Source: Candidatus Shapirobacteria bacterium
Lineage (GTDB): Bacteria; Patescibacteriota; Microgenomatia; UBA12405
Reading direction: 5' to 3'
NCBI GenBank assembly: GCA_041661765.1
Contig: JBAZTV010000001.1
Coordinates: 7,755 to 71,754 of the forward strand
Length of the DNA stretch: 64,000 nucleotides
Shown: piece after piece, positions 31,342 to 40,489 of the stretch
Layout of the letters: each line of letters starts with the position of its first letter
Numbering within the stretch: position 1 is the first letter of the stretch
The notes under the pieces: model-generated
Seen by the model: only the letters and a program-made list of their open reading frames with translations
Told to the model about the DNA's origin: nothing
Database searches by the model: none
Position numbers and translations under genes: made by a program

Positions 31342-31668
31342 ATGGCCATCACCAATCCTGTTTTAAAAAATAGTTCTAATATTAGTAGTAACCCCACTGG
31401 CTACTTTAACAGTGCCATTCAAACTATGATTTCTCTTTTTTTTATTTTTGGCCTAATCTACTTTATTTTTCATTTAGTTCTTGCCGGCTACAAAATGATT
31501 TCCTCTCAAGGGGATCCTAAAAAATATGAAGAGGCTCAACATAGCCTTATCTACTCTTTAATTGGTATTGCTATCGTCTTTTCCATTTTTGCCCTACTCA
31601 AAATTGTTGGCACTATTTTCGGTATCACCGGATTAGAAAGTTTAACCATTACCTGGCCATCCCTTTAA
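31342..31668 (+). CDS. VirB2/TrbC-like pilin candidate, paralogue 4 (start moved to the ATG right after the upstream stop)
   Basis: TM helix, loop SQGDPKK, TM helix. Confidence 0.55.
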   Translation: MAITNPVLKNSSNISSNPTGYFNSAIQTMISLFFIFGLIYFIFHLVLAGYKMISSQGDPKKYEEAQHSLIYSLIGIAIVFSIFALLKIVGTIFGITGLESLTITWPSL

Positions 31669-31717
31669 TATTTAAAATTTACTGGTAAAATTAATTAATA
31701 GTTATTAAATCAAAAAA

Positions 31718-32098
31718 ATGATCAAAGAAATAAAAAACAAAATTCAATTTGCAGCTGTTGCTGCTCCAATCTACGCCGCTCAAAGTTTAGAACTTACTGG
31801 TAAAGAGGGAAGCTTTTCTAACCTCGAAAATTTAACCATTAACGGTATGGTTTCTGGTGCTATTAGTTTAGTTTTAATTGTCGTGTCGTTAGTTTTCTTC
31901 TTTATTCTTGTCATCGGTGGTCTCAAGTGGATCACTTCTGGTGGAGATGAAAAAAAGGTTGCTGCCGCTCGTGCTGAAATTACCAATGCTTTAATCGGTT
32001 TAGTTATTGTCTTTGCCGCTTGGGCCATTATGAAACTTATTGGCTCCATCTTTGGCATCAACATCCTTGGAACTCTAACCATTCCAACTTTCCAATAA
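31718..32098 (+). CDS. VirB2/TrbC-like pilin candidate, paralogue 5
   Basis: TM helix, loop SGGDEKK, TM helix. Followed by a terminator hairpin. Confidence 0.55.
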   Translation: MIKEIKNKIQFAAVAAPIYAAQSLELTGKEGSFSNLENLTINGMVSGAISLVLIVVSLVFFFILVIGGLKWITSGGDEKKVAAARAEITNALIGLVIVFAAWAIMKLIGSIFGINILGTLTIPTFQ

Positions 32099-32114
32099 AA
32101 TCAATTTGATTTTT

Positions 32115-32144
32115 CACCCCTCCAATAATTTGGAGGGGTTTTTG
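32115..32144 (+). terminator. Intrinsic terminator after pilin paralogue 5 (CACCCCTCCAATAATTTGGAGGGGTTTTTG)
   Basis: An 8-bp GC-rich stem followed by a T5 run. Confidence 0.6.
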
Positions 32145-32244
32145 TTTAGACTTCTCCTTTTTTTTAATAAAAATAAAAGTGCCCTGTCAAGGGAAAGGTG
32201 GTACGAAGTACCAAAGGGTTTTAACTTTATAGTATAATTAATCC

Positions 32245-32598
32245 ATGAATTTAATCTCAAATATTTTCTCTCCTCCCCCAGTTTATGCCCAATCAGTTTG
32301 GAATAGTACTTGTGTTAAAGATACCGACGTCGCCACTATCCAAGGTTTTAATTGCCTTTTTGCTAATATTGCCCAAGTTATCGTTTATTTTGCTGGTCTT
32401 GCCTTTTTTATCATGTTCATTCGCGGTGGCTTCAGTTATCTAACTTCCAGTGGCGATCCAAAAAAAACAGCTAAAGCCACTTCCACCCTCACCCTGGCCA
32501 TTATTGGCCTAGTTGGAGTTATTATTTCCTACCTAATCATCAAATTCATCGGTGATTTTACAGGCATCAATATTACTGAGTTTAATATTCCCAGTTAA
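32245..32598 (+). CDS. VirB2/TrbC-like pilin candidate, paralogue 6
   Basis: TM helix, loop SSGDPKK, TM helix. It has its own upstream TTTATAGTATAATT element, identical to the one before paralogue 1. Confidence 0.55.
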   Translation: MNLISNIFSPPPVYAQSVWNSTCVKDTDVATIQGFNCLFANIAQVIVYFAGLAFFIMFIRGGFSYLTSSGDPKKTAKATSTLTLAIIGLVGVIISYLIIKFIGDFTGINITEFNIPS

Positions 32599-34085
32599 TG
32601 AAACGAATCTTAATCGTTTTATTATTTTTCTTATTTTTATTCCCCTCCTTGTCAAGGGAGGGGTCAGGGGTGGGTTTTGTCTACGCCCAACCAACAACTA
32701 TTTTATCTGAAAATCAATCCACCACTCCACCCACCGTCACCCCAGAAGAAAGTTTATGGACCAGATTTTGGAATTGGATTTCCAAAGTTTTTATTAAAAC
32801 TGATTACGCCATTGCCGAAAGATCAACCAAAAATATTAATTCTGACATGACCGAATATGGCACTACCTCAGACAATGGTAAACATTCATCTTCTGGCACT
32901 CGTCTCACCGATTCCCAAAGCCAAACCTGCTACAAAGGCAATGTTATTAAAAAAGTGATTTTAAATACTACTGGTTATCCCAACACTGACCTCACCCAAA
33001 TTTGTAATTCATCAAATGGTTGTGTTGTTTCCTCTGGTTCTGATTCTGATTGTAAAACAGTTTCTATTAAAGATTTAGCTCATTACTTTGTTCAAATTAA
33101 TAAACAATTCTATTGTGATAGTTCAAATAATTTAATTAATATTGAATCCAATATTACTAATGCTGTTATTGGCACCAGCCTTCCAGAAATTTCACAAAAC
33201 AATCTTAATTGTTATCAACAAATATATAATGATTTTTATCTAGTCCCTAAAAACGGTTCCACCGAAGAAGAAAATTCCAAAAATATAGTTCAAACTCCAA
33301 TTTCCGCCAGCAATCAAAGTTCCGGTGACAATGCCAATGCTACAAAAAATAAACTCAATAAAAATTTTATTCCTGCTAATAAAAATTGGAGTGGTTTAAA
33401 CAGCCTCCGCCCCGCTAGTTGGAAAAAAGGTCCATCAGAAGCTGGTACAGGTACCGGCACTGGATTTAATAGTGGTGGTGTCGTTAGTCCTGGTACGTGC
33501 AATGCCAAAGACAGCCACTGTCGAGGCATGAGCACCATTGGTGCTTTTGGTCTTTCTAAGTCAGGCAAAACTTATGAAGAAATACTTAAAAGTTATTACG
33601 GCGACATCACTCTTAAAACCATTGACATCTCCAATGCTAATATTACTATTATTCCCAATGATAACGACGACTGTTCATCAACCACTCTAAATCTCGAAAC
33701 TTACCTTAGTGGTCTTCAAGAAATACCCGATTCTTGGGGTGATTCCAGTGCAGGTGGTTATGAAAGTTTAAAAGCTCAAGTAGTAGCCGCTCGTACATAT
33801 GCTTACGTCTACACTCAAAATTTAACCAAATCAATTTGTACTAGTTCTAGTTGCCAAAATGCTCGTTGCAATGCCATTAATAGTAGTCCTAATTTAGACA
33901 AAGCAATTAAAGATACTGAAGGCCAAATTATTGTTGATTCAAATAATCAAACTCCATTCGCCACCGAATATGCTCGTTCCTTTTGCGGACCATCTCTATC
34001 CGTTACTTTTTCTAACCATACCACTCCTTCATTTAATGGTTATGATGCCGAAGTTCAAACCGGCGAAAAACTTTATTGTTTATAA
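32598..34085 (+). CDS. Secreted Cys-rich protein with a C-terminal SpoIID/LytB-like (lytic transglycosylase-type) domain
   Basis: N-terminal hydrophobic signal (partly repeat-encoded: FPSLSREGSGVGFVYA). C-terminal ...GGYESLKAQVVAARTYAYVYT... matches the conserved SpoIID/LytB signature (ALKAQAVAARTYA). Confidence 0.5.
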   Translation: MKRILIVLLFFLFLFPSLSREGSGVGFVYAQPTTILSENQSTTPPTVTPEESLWTRFWNWISKVFIKTDYAIAERSTKNINSDMTEYGTTSDNGKHSSSGTRLTDSQSQTCYKGNVIKKVILNTTGYPNTDLTQICNSSNGCVVSSGSDSDCKTVSIKDLAHYFVQINKQFYCDSSNNLINIESNITNAVIGTSLPEISQNNLNCYQQIYNDFYLVPKNGSTEEENSKNIVQTPISASNQSSGDNANATKNKLNKNFIPANKNWSGLNSLRPASWKKGPSEAGTGTGTGFNSGGVVSPGTCNAKDSHCRGMSTIGAFGLSKSGKTYEEILKSYYGDITLKTIDISNANITIIPNDNDDCSSTTLNLETYLSGLQEIPDSWGDSSAGGYESLKAQVVAARTYAYVYTQNLTKSICTSSSCQNARCNAINSSPNLDKAIKDTEGQIIVDSNNQTPFATEYARSFCGPSLSVTFSNHTTPSFNGYDAEVQTGEKLYCL

Positions 34086-35659
34086 AGCAATATTTTTTTA
34101 TGCTAAAATTATCTACAATGTCCGTCTCAAATATCTTACAGAAACTCAATTTCCGCGATACCAAATTAATTCCCCAATTTCCCAAATTAAATAAAAAAAT
34201 TAAATTTGCTTCCATTTTAATAGCTTTCGTTTTTCTAGGTTTTCTAGGACACAAAATCCTCGCCGCCGATACTGCCATCGAAAAATTTAAAGCCAAACAA
34301 GCTGCTATAGACAAGGGGAACAATCAAGAATCCTGGATGAACGAATCCATGATGAGTAATGCCATGTCTATTAATACTGCCATTGCCGGCACCATTCCCG
34401 ATTCTGTTCTTAATGGCACAGTCACCTCTTGGATCCCTGGCGGTATGATTGGTTTCACCAACAACGCTATCGCCACTCTTTATAATCCACCTGCCTCCGG
34501 TGTTCAGTATATTGCCGAAACTTTCAACAATTTTCTCGGCAAACCAGCCTACGCTACTAATGGTTATGACGGTTTAAAAGGTATTCAAAATATTTGGAAA
34601 TCCTTCAGAAATGCCGTTTATATTCTCTTTTCAATAGTTTTTGTTGGTATTGGCATTGCCATCATGCTCCGAGTCAAAATAAGTCAACAAGCCGTTATTT
34701 CCATTCAATCCGCCATACCTAGCTTAATCACTAGTCTTATTTTAGTAACTTTTTCCTATGCCATCGCCGGACTTCTTATTGATCTAAGTTATGTTTTTCA
34801 AGGTTTAGTTCTCGCTATACTTTTCAGTTCCAAAGGTGGATTAAATTCTGAACTTTTCCCCGGTTTTCTTAGTATTAGCCCTACATTTTCCAATCTTGTG
34901 ACTGCTGATTTTTGGACTGTTCTTCGTCTGACCTACAAAGCAGTCCCCATCGCAACTATGTCCGCACTATCAGGCATTGTTGCTGGAGCAATTGCTGGTC
35001 TTATAGGCGGATTCACAACTCTTATAACTGCTGGTATAGGTTGGGTCCCTGGCTTAATCGCTGGAGGCGCTGTTGGTGGGTTAGCTTTTATTCTTATATT
35101 TGCAATAATTCTAATAACAATTATCGTAAATGTCGTTAAGTTTTTCATTGGTATGGCTAAATGTTTTATTAATATTATTTTAAGGATAATTCTTGCTCCT
35201 CTTGAAATTGGTATGGGAGCAATTCCCAACAGTAAAATGAATTTTTCAAGTTGGATTTGGAATATAATTGCCAATTTAGCCGTTTTTCCACTCTCTCTTA
35301 TTTTCTTAGTTTTAGTTAACATGATTATCGACAGTGTCAACACAAGTAATCTTTGGGCTCCTCCAATGCTCGGCGGCAGTTGGTTATTAGGTCCTCTAAT
35401 CGGAATTAGCGCTTTAATGATTCTTGCCAAACTCCCAGCCATGATTCCAGAATTTATATTCCAACTCAAACCATCTCCATGGGGCAAAGCCATTGGTGAA
35501 AGTTTCGCTTCAATTGGTAAAACTGGTAAAATTGGCGAAGCTATTACAGGTGAAGGTCTTAATAGAGCATCAGATCTAACTGGTGAAGGCAATCGGTCAT
35601 GGCAAAGAGCCCTCAGAGGAGCCAACACCATATGGCAAAGAGCTCATAATAGACACTAA
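34076..35659 (+). CDS. Large polytopic membrane protein (8 or more TM helices), VirB6/TrbL-like by architecture
   Basis: 527 aa with multiple long hydrophobic helices separated by short loops and Gly/Ala-rich helices (GIVAGAIAGLIGGFTTLITAGIGWVPGLIAGGAVGGLAFILIFAIILITIIV). No enzymatic motifs. Confidence 0.45.
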   Translation: MFIKQYFFMLKLSTMSVSNILQKLNFRDTKLIPQFPKLNKKIKFASILIAFVFLGFLGHKILAADTAIEKFKAKQAAIDKGNNQESWMNESMMSNAMSINTAIAGTIPDSVLNGTVTSWIPGGMIGFTNNAIATLYNPPASGVQYIAETFNNFLGKPAYATNGYDGLKGIQNIWKSFRNAVYILFSIVFVGIGIAIMLRVKISQQAVISIQSAIPSLITSLILVTFSYAIAGLLIDLSYVFQGLVLAILFSSKGGLNSELFPGFLSISPTFSNLVTADFWTVLRLTYKAVPIATMSALSGIVAGAIAGLIGGFTTLITAGIGWVPGLIAGGAVGGLAFILIFAIILITIIVNVVKFFIGMAKCFINIILRIILAPLEIGMGAIPNSKMNFSSWIWNIIANLAVFPLSLIFLVLVNMIIDSVNTSNLWAPPMLGGSWLLGPLIGISALMILAKLPAMIPEFIFQLKPSPWGKAIGESFASIGKTGKIGEAITGEGLNRASDLTGEGNRSWQRALRGANTIWQRAHNRH

Positions 35660-35671
35660 TCTTATTTTCTA

Positions 35672-38278
35672 TTATTTATTTTTTTCCAAAAAAGTTTTCA
35701 TTAATTTCTTGGCCACTTCAACATTCCTTGAATCAATAGCTCTTTTCAAATCTTGATATATTCTTCCAGAATCTTTATTCTTAATTTCCTTTCTATTGAT
35801 CTTTTTAAATTCACCCAAAATATTTTTTATTTCAGAAGACTTCATATCATAATTAAAACTATCAGCTTGCTTTTTAATAAGAGATTTTGTTTGTGTCTTA
35901 TCACTAACCCACTGTGCTTGATTTCTAATTGTCACAAAAAATGATTGAGGATTTTCTCCTTTTTTCAAATCAAGACCCATATACCTCATTATTTCATTTA
36001 AATCAACATCATTATTACTTAACTTTAAAGTTTTAATTAAAAACTCTGATAGAAATATATTATAAGCCGCTTCCACTGCCTTCCCTTCAGAATTCTTATG
36101 TGGCTGGATTTTAAGACGAATATGTTCATTTGAAAGTCGTGACATGTCTGGCCCAAAAGATCCTAGTAAAATACTAGCCCACATAGCAGGATTTGATGTA
36201 TAAGTAAAAGTCCTCTCATTATTTATATTAATAAGATCAACCATACCAAAAGCCGATCTTACTTTATTTACAAACTTATCAACATCTCTCACATCTTCTT
36301 TACCTGTAACACAATTAAAAACCAAAGCTGCAGCCTCTTGTTGATCTCTAAAAAAATTTAAAGAATCAGATTGACCTTTTGCAAAACTGAAATCAACCTT
36401 CTTCTCTTGACCTACTAATTTTCCATTATCAAAATCAGCATACTTCCACAATAATGTTGATAAAGTCTCCCCGTCTTCTTTTTCAAAATTTTTACCATCC
36501 GGTTTACATAAATCTCTAGTTCCGCAAACAAAATCAAAAAATCCATAACAAGTTTTATTTGCAAATATTGGCAAAGTCCCATCTAGAATATTTTCTCTTA
36601 ATGTTTGTTTTCCAGTTATAGGTCTCTTTAAATCTTCTTCTAATTTCATTACAGTTTGAACATAATTTCCCAACGACCCACCAAACCACTCCGCTCCAAA
36701 TATACTTTCAAAAGGAACTTCGTTTCTGGATATTTTCAATTTCCCCAATGCTTTATATTCCATATTTAAAGTTCTTACTCCATCACTAACAATTCCCGTA
36801 AACGTTGGCAATAATCTCATTCTGTCGGCTAAACTCGAATCACCAAACATGTAAAATAAATTCCAAGCAGTATAGGCATTCATTTTATCCATATAATTAG
36901 CCTCTTTCCTTCCATTTTGATTGGCTAAAAATAAAGCCATTTCTTCCTTATAATTCCTAATTTCAAGTATTTTACCAAACACATCTTGATCAATATCCAT
37001 TGATCCTTTATCCTTCCCAAAAATACCTTCTATTTTTCTATCATTTTCATCCAAAAAATAATCCCATCTACCTTTATCCTTCCCAAAAATACCTTCTATT
37101 TTTCTATCATTTTCATCCTTAATAAACTTACCATCGTTATCTTGTTTATAAAACAACTTTTTATAAAATTTCTCTTTATATCTCATACAAGTTTTTCCAT
37201 TCTGGTCTGAATATTCCTCACATAAATCATGCAACATTTTACTCATCACCAACTTAAAATCTTCATTAAATAATTTTGTAAATTTTTCATTATCAAAAGC
37301 AGAATACATTTTATTTCCCCGAATTTTATCCAAATCTTTTCCAGCATAAAGTAAACTAGCTGCTCCATTATTAACCATCACCATATATTCAATTCTAGCC
37401 TGAGTTTCTCTACCCTCTTCGGTTTTACCTAGTTTTTTAAACCACTCTGGTGGAGTATATGTCTGCCATCTCATATCATCCATAAACTTCATCGCCATTG
37501 CCGCATTTTCCGGAGATATTTCCCATCTCGCTCCTCCTCTCATCTCTTGAGTATCTGGATCAGTAGTAAATGGTTCTACATCTACATCATCATCTAACTC
37601 CCTTTGATTTTTTCCAACTTCTATATTTTTATTTTCCAAAACCACCGACACTGCCAATTGTCCATATTGCTTTTCCAAAGAATCATCTGGTTTCTCCTTA
37701 GTCTCTTCTATTATTTGTTTTAAAACATTTTTAATAGAAACATTCTCATCGTCAATAATAGACGACACATTACTATTAATATCTAAAATTGACTTTCTTT
37801 CATTTTCACTCAATCGCGAGTCTGCTTCCACTACATACTTTCCTAATCCTTTCATTTCTACTGGTAAAAAATCATCAATTTGTTGCCCTGTTAACGCTGA
37901 AGTAATCAAACCTTCCGGATAATCTCTAAAAGAAAAATTAATTGCCCTAAAAGCCGTATTACCTAAAATATTCAAATTTTCTGTTGCTATAGTTTTTTGA
38001 ATATCAGTAGCAGATGGATTTTTAAGGGTTGATTCAATACCACCCACCACACTACCTTTTTCATCTGGTTGATATTTTGTCCCTAAATTTACAAAAATCT
38101 CTTGACAAACCAATTGCGATCTTTCTTCTTCAATCTGGCCAGCAAAAATTCCACTATTATCAACCAATTTTTTTGTTATATCTTGAGTTTTTTTATTATT
38201 CTCTTTCACTCTACTAACCTCGGCTGTTTTTTTCATAAACTCCATCGGATTTAATACTGGTGCTTCACTTCCACTCAT
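35672..38278 (-). CDS. Large hypothetical soluble protein (868 aa) with an internal 21-aa tandem duplication
   Basis: Long ORF with no TM. DENDRKIEGIFGKDKG occurs twice (DNA 37005..37118). Confidence 0.45.
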   Translation of the reverse strand: MSGSEAPVLNPMEFMKKTAEVSRVKENNKKTQDITKKLVDNSGIFAGQIEEERSQLVCQEIFVNLGTKYQPDEKGSVVGGIESTLKNPSATDIQKTIATENLNILGNTAFRAINFSFRDYPEGLITSALTGQQIDDFLPVEMKGLGKYVVEADSRLSENERKSILDINSNVSSIIDDENVSIKNVLKQIIEETKEKPDDSLEKQYGQLAVSVVLENKNIEVGKNQRELDDDVDVEPFTTDPDTQEMRGGARWEISPENAAMAMKFMDDMRWQTYTPPEWFKKLGKTEEGRETQARIEYMVMVNNGAASLLYAGKDLDKIRGNKMYSAFDNEKFTKLFNEDFKLVMSKMLHDLCEEYSDQNGKTCMRYKEKFYKKLFYKQDNDGKFIKDENDRKIEGIFGKDKGRWDYFLDENDRKIEGIFGKDKGSMDIDQDVFGKILEIRNYKEEMALFLANQNGRKEANYMDKMNAYTAWNLFYMFGDSSLADRMRLLPTFTGIVSDGVRTLNMEYKALGKLKISRNEVPFESIFGAEWFGGSLGNYVQTVMKLEEDLKRPITGKQTLRENILDGTLPIFANKTCYGFFDFVCGTRDLCKPDGKNFEKEDGETLSTLLWKYADFDNGKLVGQEKKVDFSFAKGQSDSLNFFRDQQEAAALVFNCVTGKEDVRDVDKFVNKVRSAFGMVDLININNERTFTYTSNPAMWASILLGSFGPDMSRLSNEHIRLKIQPHKNSEGKAVEAAYNIFLSEFLIKTLKLSNNDVDLNEIMRYMGLDLKKGENPQSFFVTIRNQAQWVSDKTQTKSLIKKQADSFNYDMKSSEIKNILGEFKKINRKEIKNKDSGRIYQDLKRAIDSRNVEVAKKLMKTFLEKNK

Positions 38279-38389
38279 ATGCCCTAATTATACCAAATCT
38301 AAATTCCTTCTTGTTAAATAAAAAGCCTCCATGTCAAGGGAGGTGGTCTGCTTTGCAGACCGGAGGGTTTAATTTGTTAAAATTATTTA

Positions 38390-40077
38390 TGCCTTCGCTT
38401 TTACCATCCTCCAACATTTCTTCCATCGAAAACCACATCCGTTCTTATCGTTCCGCTCTTCAATCAAATCTCGAAATTACCATCAATTCTCTTTCCAACT
38501 CTCATCTCAAAATGCATTCTCTCCTCCATTCTCTCGGTCACACTAAAGAAGTAGACTTTTCTGCTTTAACTTATTCCCTCGACCGTCTTCCCAAAATCAG
38601 TCACGAAGTTGAAAAAATAATCATGGGTCAAAGCCCAGAAGTTTTTGAAGAGTCTGGTTATAAAAGTGTTTCCAAATGGAAAGAAGTTAAATCAAAAAAT
38701 CGTCGTCGAGTTGCCTATCTTAATATTCAAAAAAAAACTTTGGCCTTTTTTATTGCCTCAGTTTCCGACATTGACGACCTCATTAATATTCTTATTACTC
38801 TTCAAGTCGAATGGAATAAATTAAACCAAGTTCTTCACAAAAATTATTCCCTCTTCTCTCTTCTTCAAAAAGATATTGGATCTGAAAAATTTTTTCAAAA
38901 ATTAAACATTGATCCCAAAAAATGGCAACTATTCACTTCTTCTCTCGGATCAAATTGGCGTTCTAAAATTAAAAAAATTTATCGTTCACCCATTAATCTC
39001 AAGGTTCAACTTCTAGCCGCCTCTTGGCTCAATTACACCAAATCCACTCAAAAATGGTGGAAAAATATTGCCACTAATGTCTCTCCTGCTTTTCACCTTT
39101 CTCATCAAGAAATTTATTTTGTCTCCAGTAATACCCATAGCTTAATGAACATTTTTACTGGTTTCCCCCTTGCCCACCAGTTTGAAATTCTTTCTGATTT
39201 AAAAATCAACCATCCAACTCTTTATCAAATTTGGGAACAAATCAAATCCAAAAATTCACTTTTAAACCCTTCCGATTTTATTTATTTTGTTTCCAAACAC
39301 TTTCTTTCCCATCCAGAAGTCAAAAAAAATTATCAAACTTTTCAAAAAAAACTAAGTATTTTCAATCTCCCAAACACTAATTATCTTGATATTACTTCCC
39401 AAATTTTTCCCATAAAAAATTTAATTAAATCAAAATATCTCGACCCGCGTCTTAAAATTAAAAAACCTCTCACTCTCGAAAAATCAAAAGCTTTAATTTT
39501 AAACATCGACTATCCTCTTGGCTTTGCTGCTTATCATATTCTCAGCGAAATCATGGAAAACGTTAAAAACATTAAAGGAGTTTATATTCTAGGCAAAGCT
39601 GCTGCTCTCAATAGCGAAGTCGGTGACATTCAAGTTCCCCGTCTTGTTTTTGATGAACATACTCAAAATTCTTATCTTTTTAAAAACTGTTTTAATAGCT
39701 TTTTCCCTTTCATCAACAATCAGGGTTCAATTTTAACCAACCAAAAAGCTGTTTCCGTCTTTGGCACTTTTCTTGAAAATAAGGCTCTTTTGAATTTTTA
39801 TTTTAAAAACAACATTACTGTTATTGAAATGGAATCCGGACCCTACTTAAGCGCTATCACCGAAAGCTGCTACGACCAACAAGCCCCAAAAAAATCTATT
39901 ATTGATCTCAATAATTGCCCCTTCGATCTCGGTATTATAAATTATACTTCCGATACTCCCTACTCTAGCCTTCAAAATCTAGGCGACAGTCAACTTGGCA
40001 TCACCGGTATCGAACCAGTCACCCTCGGCAGTTTAGCAATATTACAACGAATAATTAATCTTGAGGAAGAAAAATAA
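38390..40077 (+). CDS. Hypothetical protein (about 560 aa; the ORF-track start at 38260 reads through a palindromic repeat, so the ATG at 38390 is preferred)
   Basis: Long ORF. The first 40 codons of the track ORF (KKPPCQGRWSALQTGGFN) are a repeat translation. Confidence 0.45.
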
Positions 40078-40143
40078 ATTAAAACCCCTCCTTTAAGTCA
40101 AAGGAGGGGTAGGGGTGGATTTTGAAAAATAAAAAATAATTTT

Positions 40144-40437
40144 TTGTTAAAATTACCAATGACCCACACTGACCGACAAGTTTTGTTAATAAAACTTGAA
40201 CAAGCCAAAACCAAAATTAACATCGGCGCCAAATATCAACACACTAAAAGTAGTGGCCAATATCTTGTTTTAAATTTAGTAATCCAAGAAGACACTAAAG
40301 AAATCAGAGTTATTTATCAAGAACTTAATCAACAACCCGCTATTATTTGGAGTCGATCATTCGACGGTCCAGACGGTTGGACCACTCCCACCGAAATCAA
40401 CGGCCAACTCACCCACAGATTCACTAAAATAAAATAA
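40144..40437 (+). CDS. Small protein, possibly DUF1653-like
   Basis: 97 aa. Y..H.K..G.Y.VL.L...E.T.E..V.Y..L pattern; weak call. Confidence 0.35.
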   Translation: MLKLPMTHTDRQVLLIKLEQAKTKINIGAKYQHTKSSGQYLVLNLVIQEDTKEIRVIYQELNQQPAIIWSRSFDGPDGWTTPTEINGQLTHRFTKIK

Positions 40438-40489
40438 TAACTTCTCCCTTTTTCAAGGGGAGATGTCGAGCAAAGCGAGACAGAGGGGT

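Noticed and set aside
34912-35631. Antisense or alternate-frame ORFs (34912..35139, 34933..35631 with 232 aa) within the VirB6-like gene
   Set aside because: Translating the complement of a Gly/Ala/Ile-rich membrane protein gene gives long stop-free frames. There is no independent evidence.
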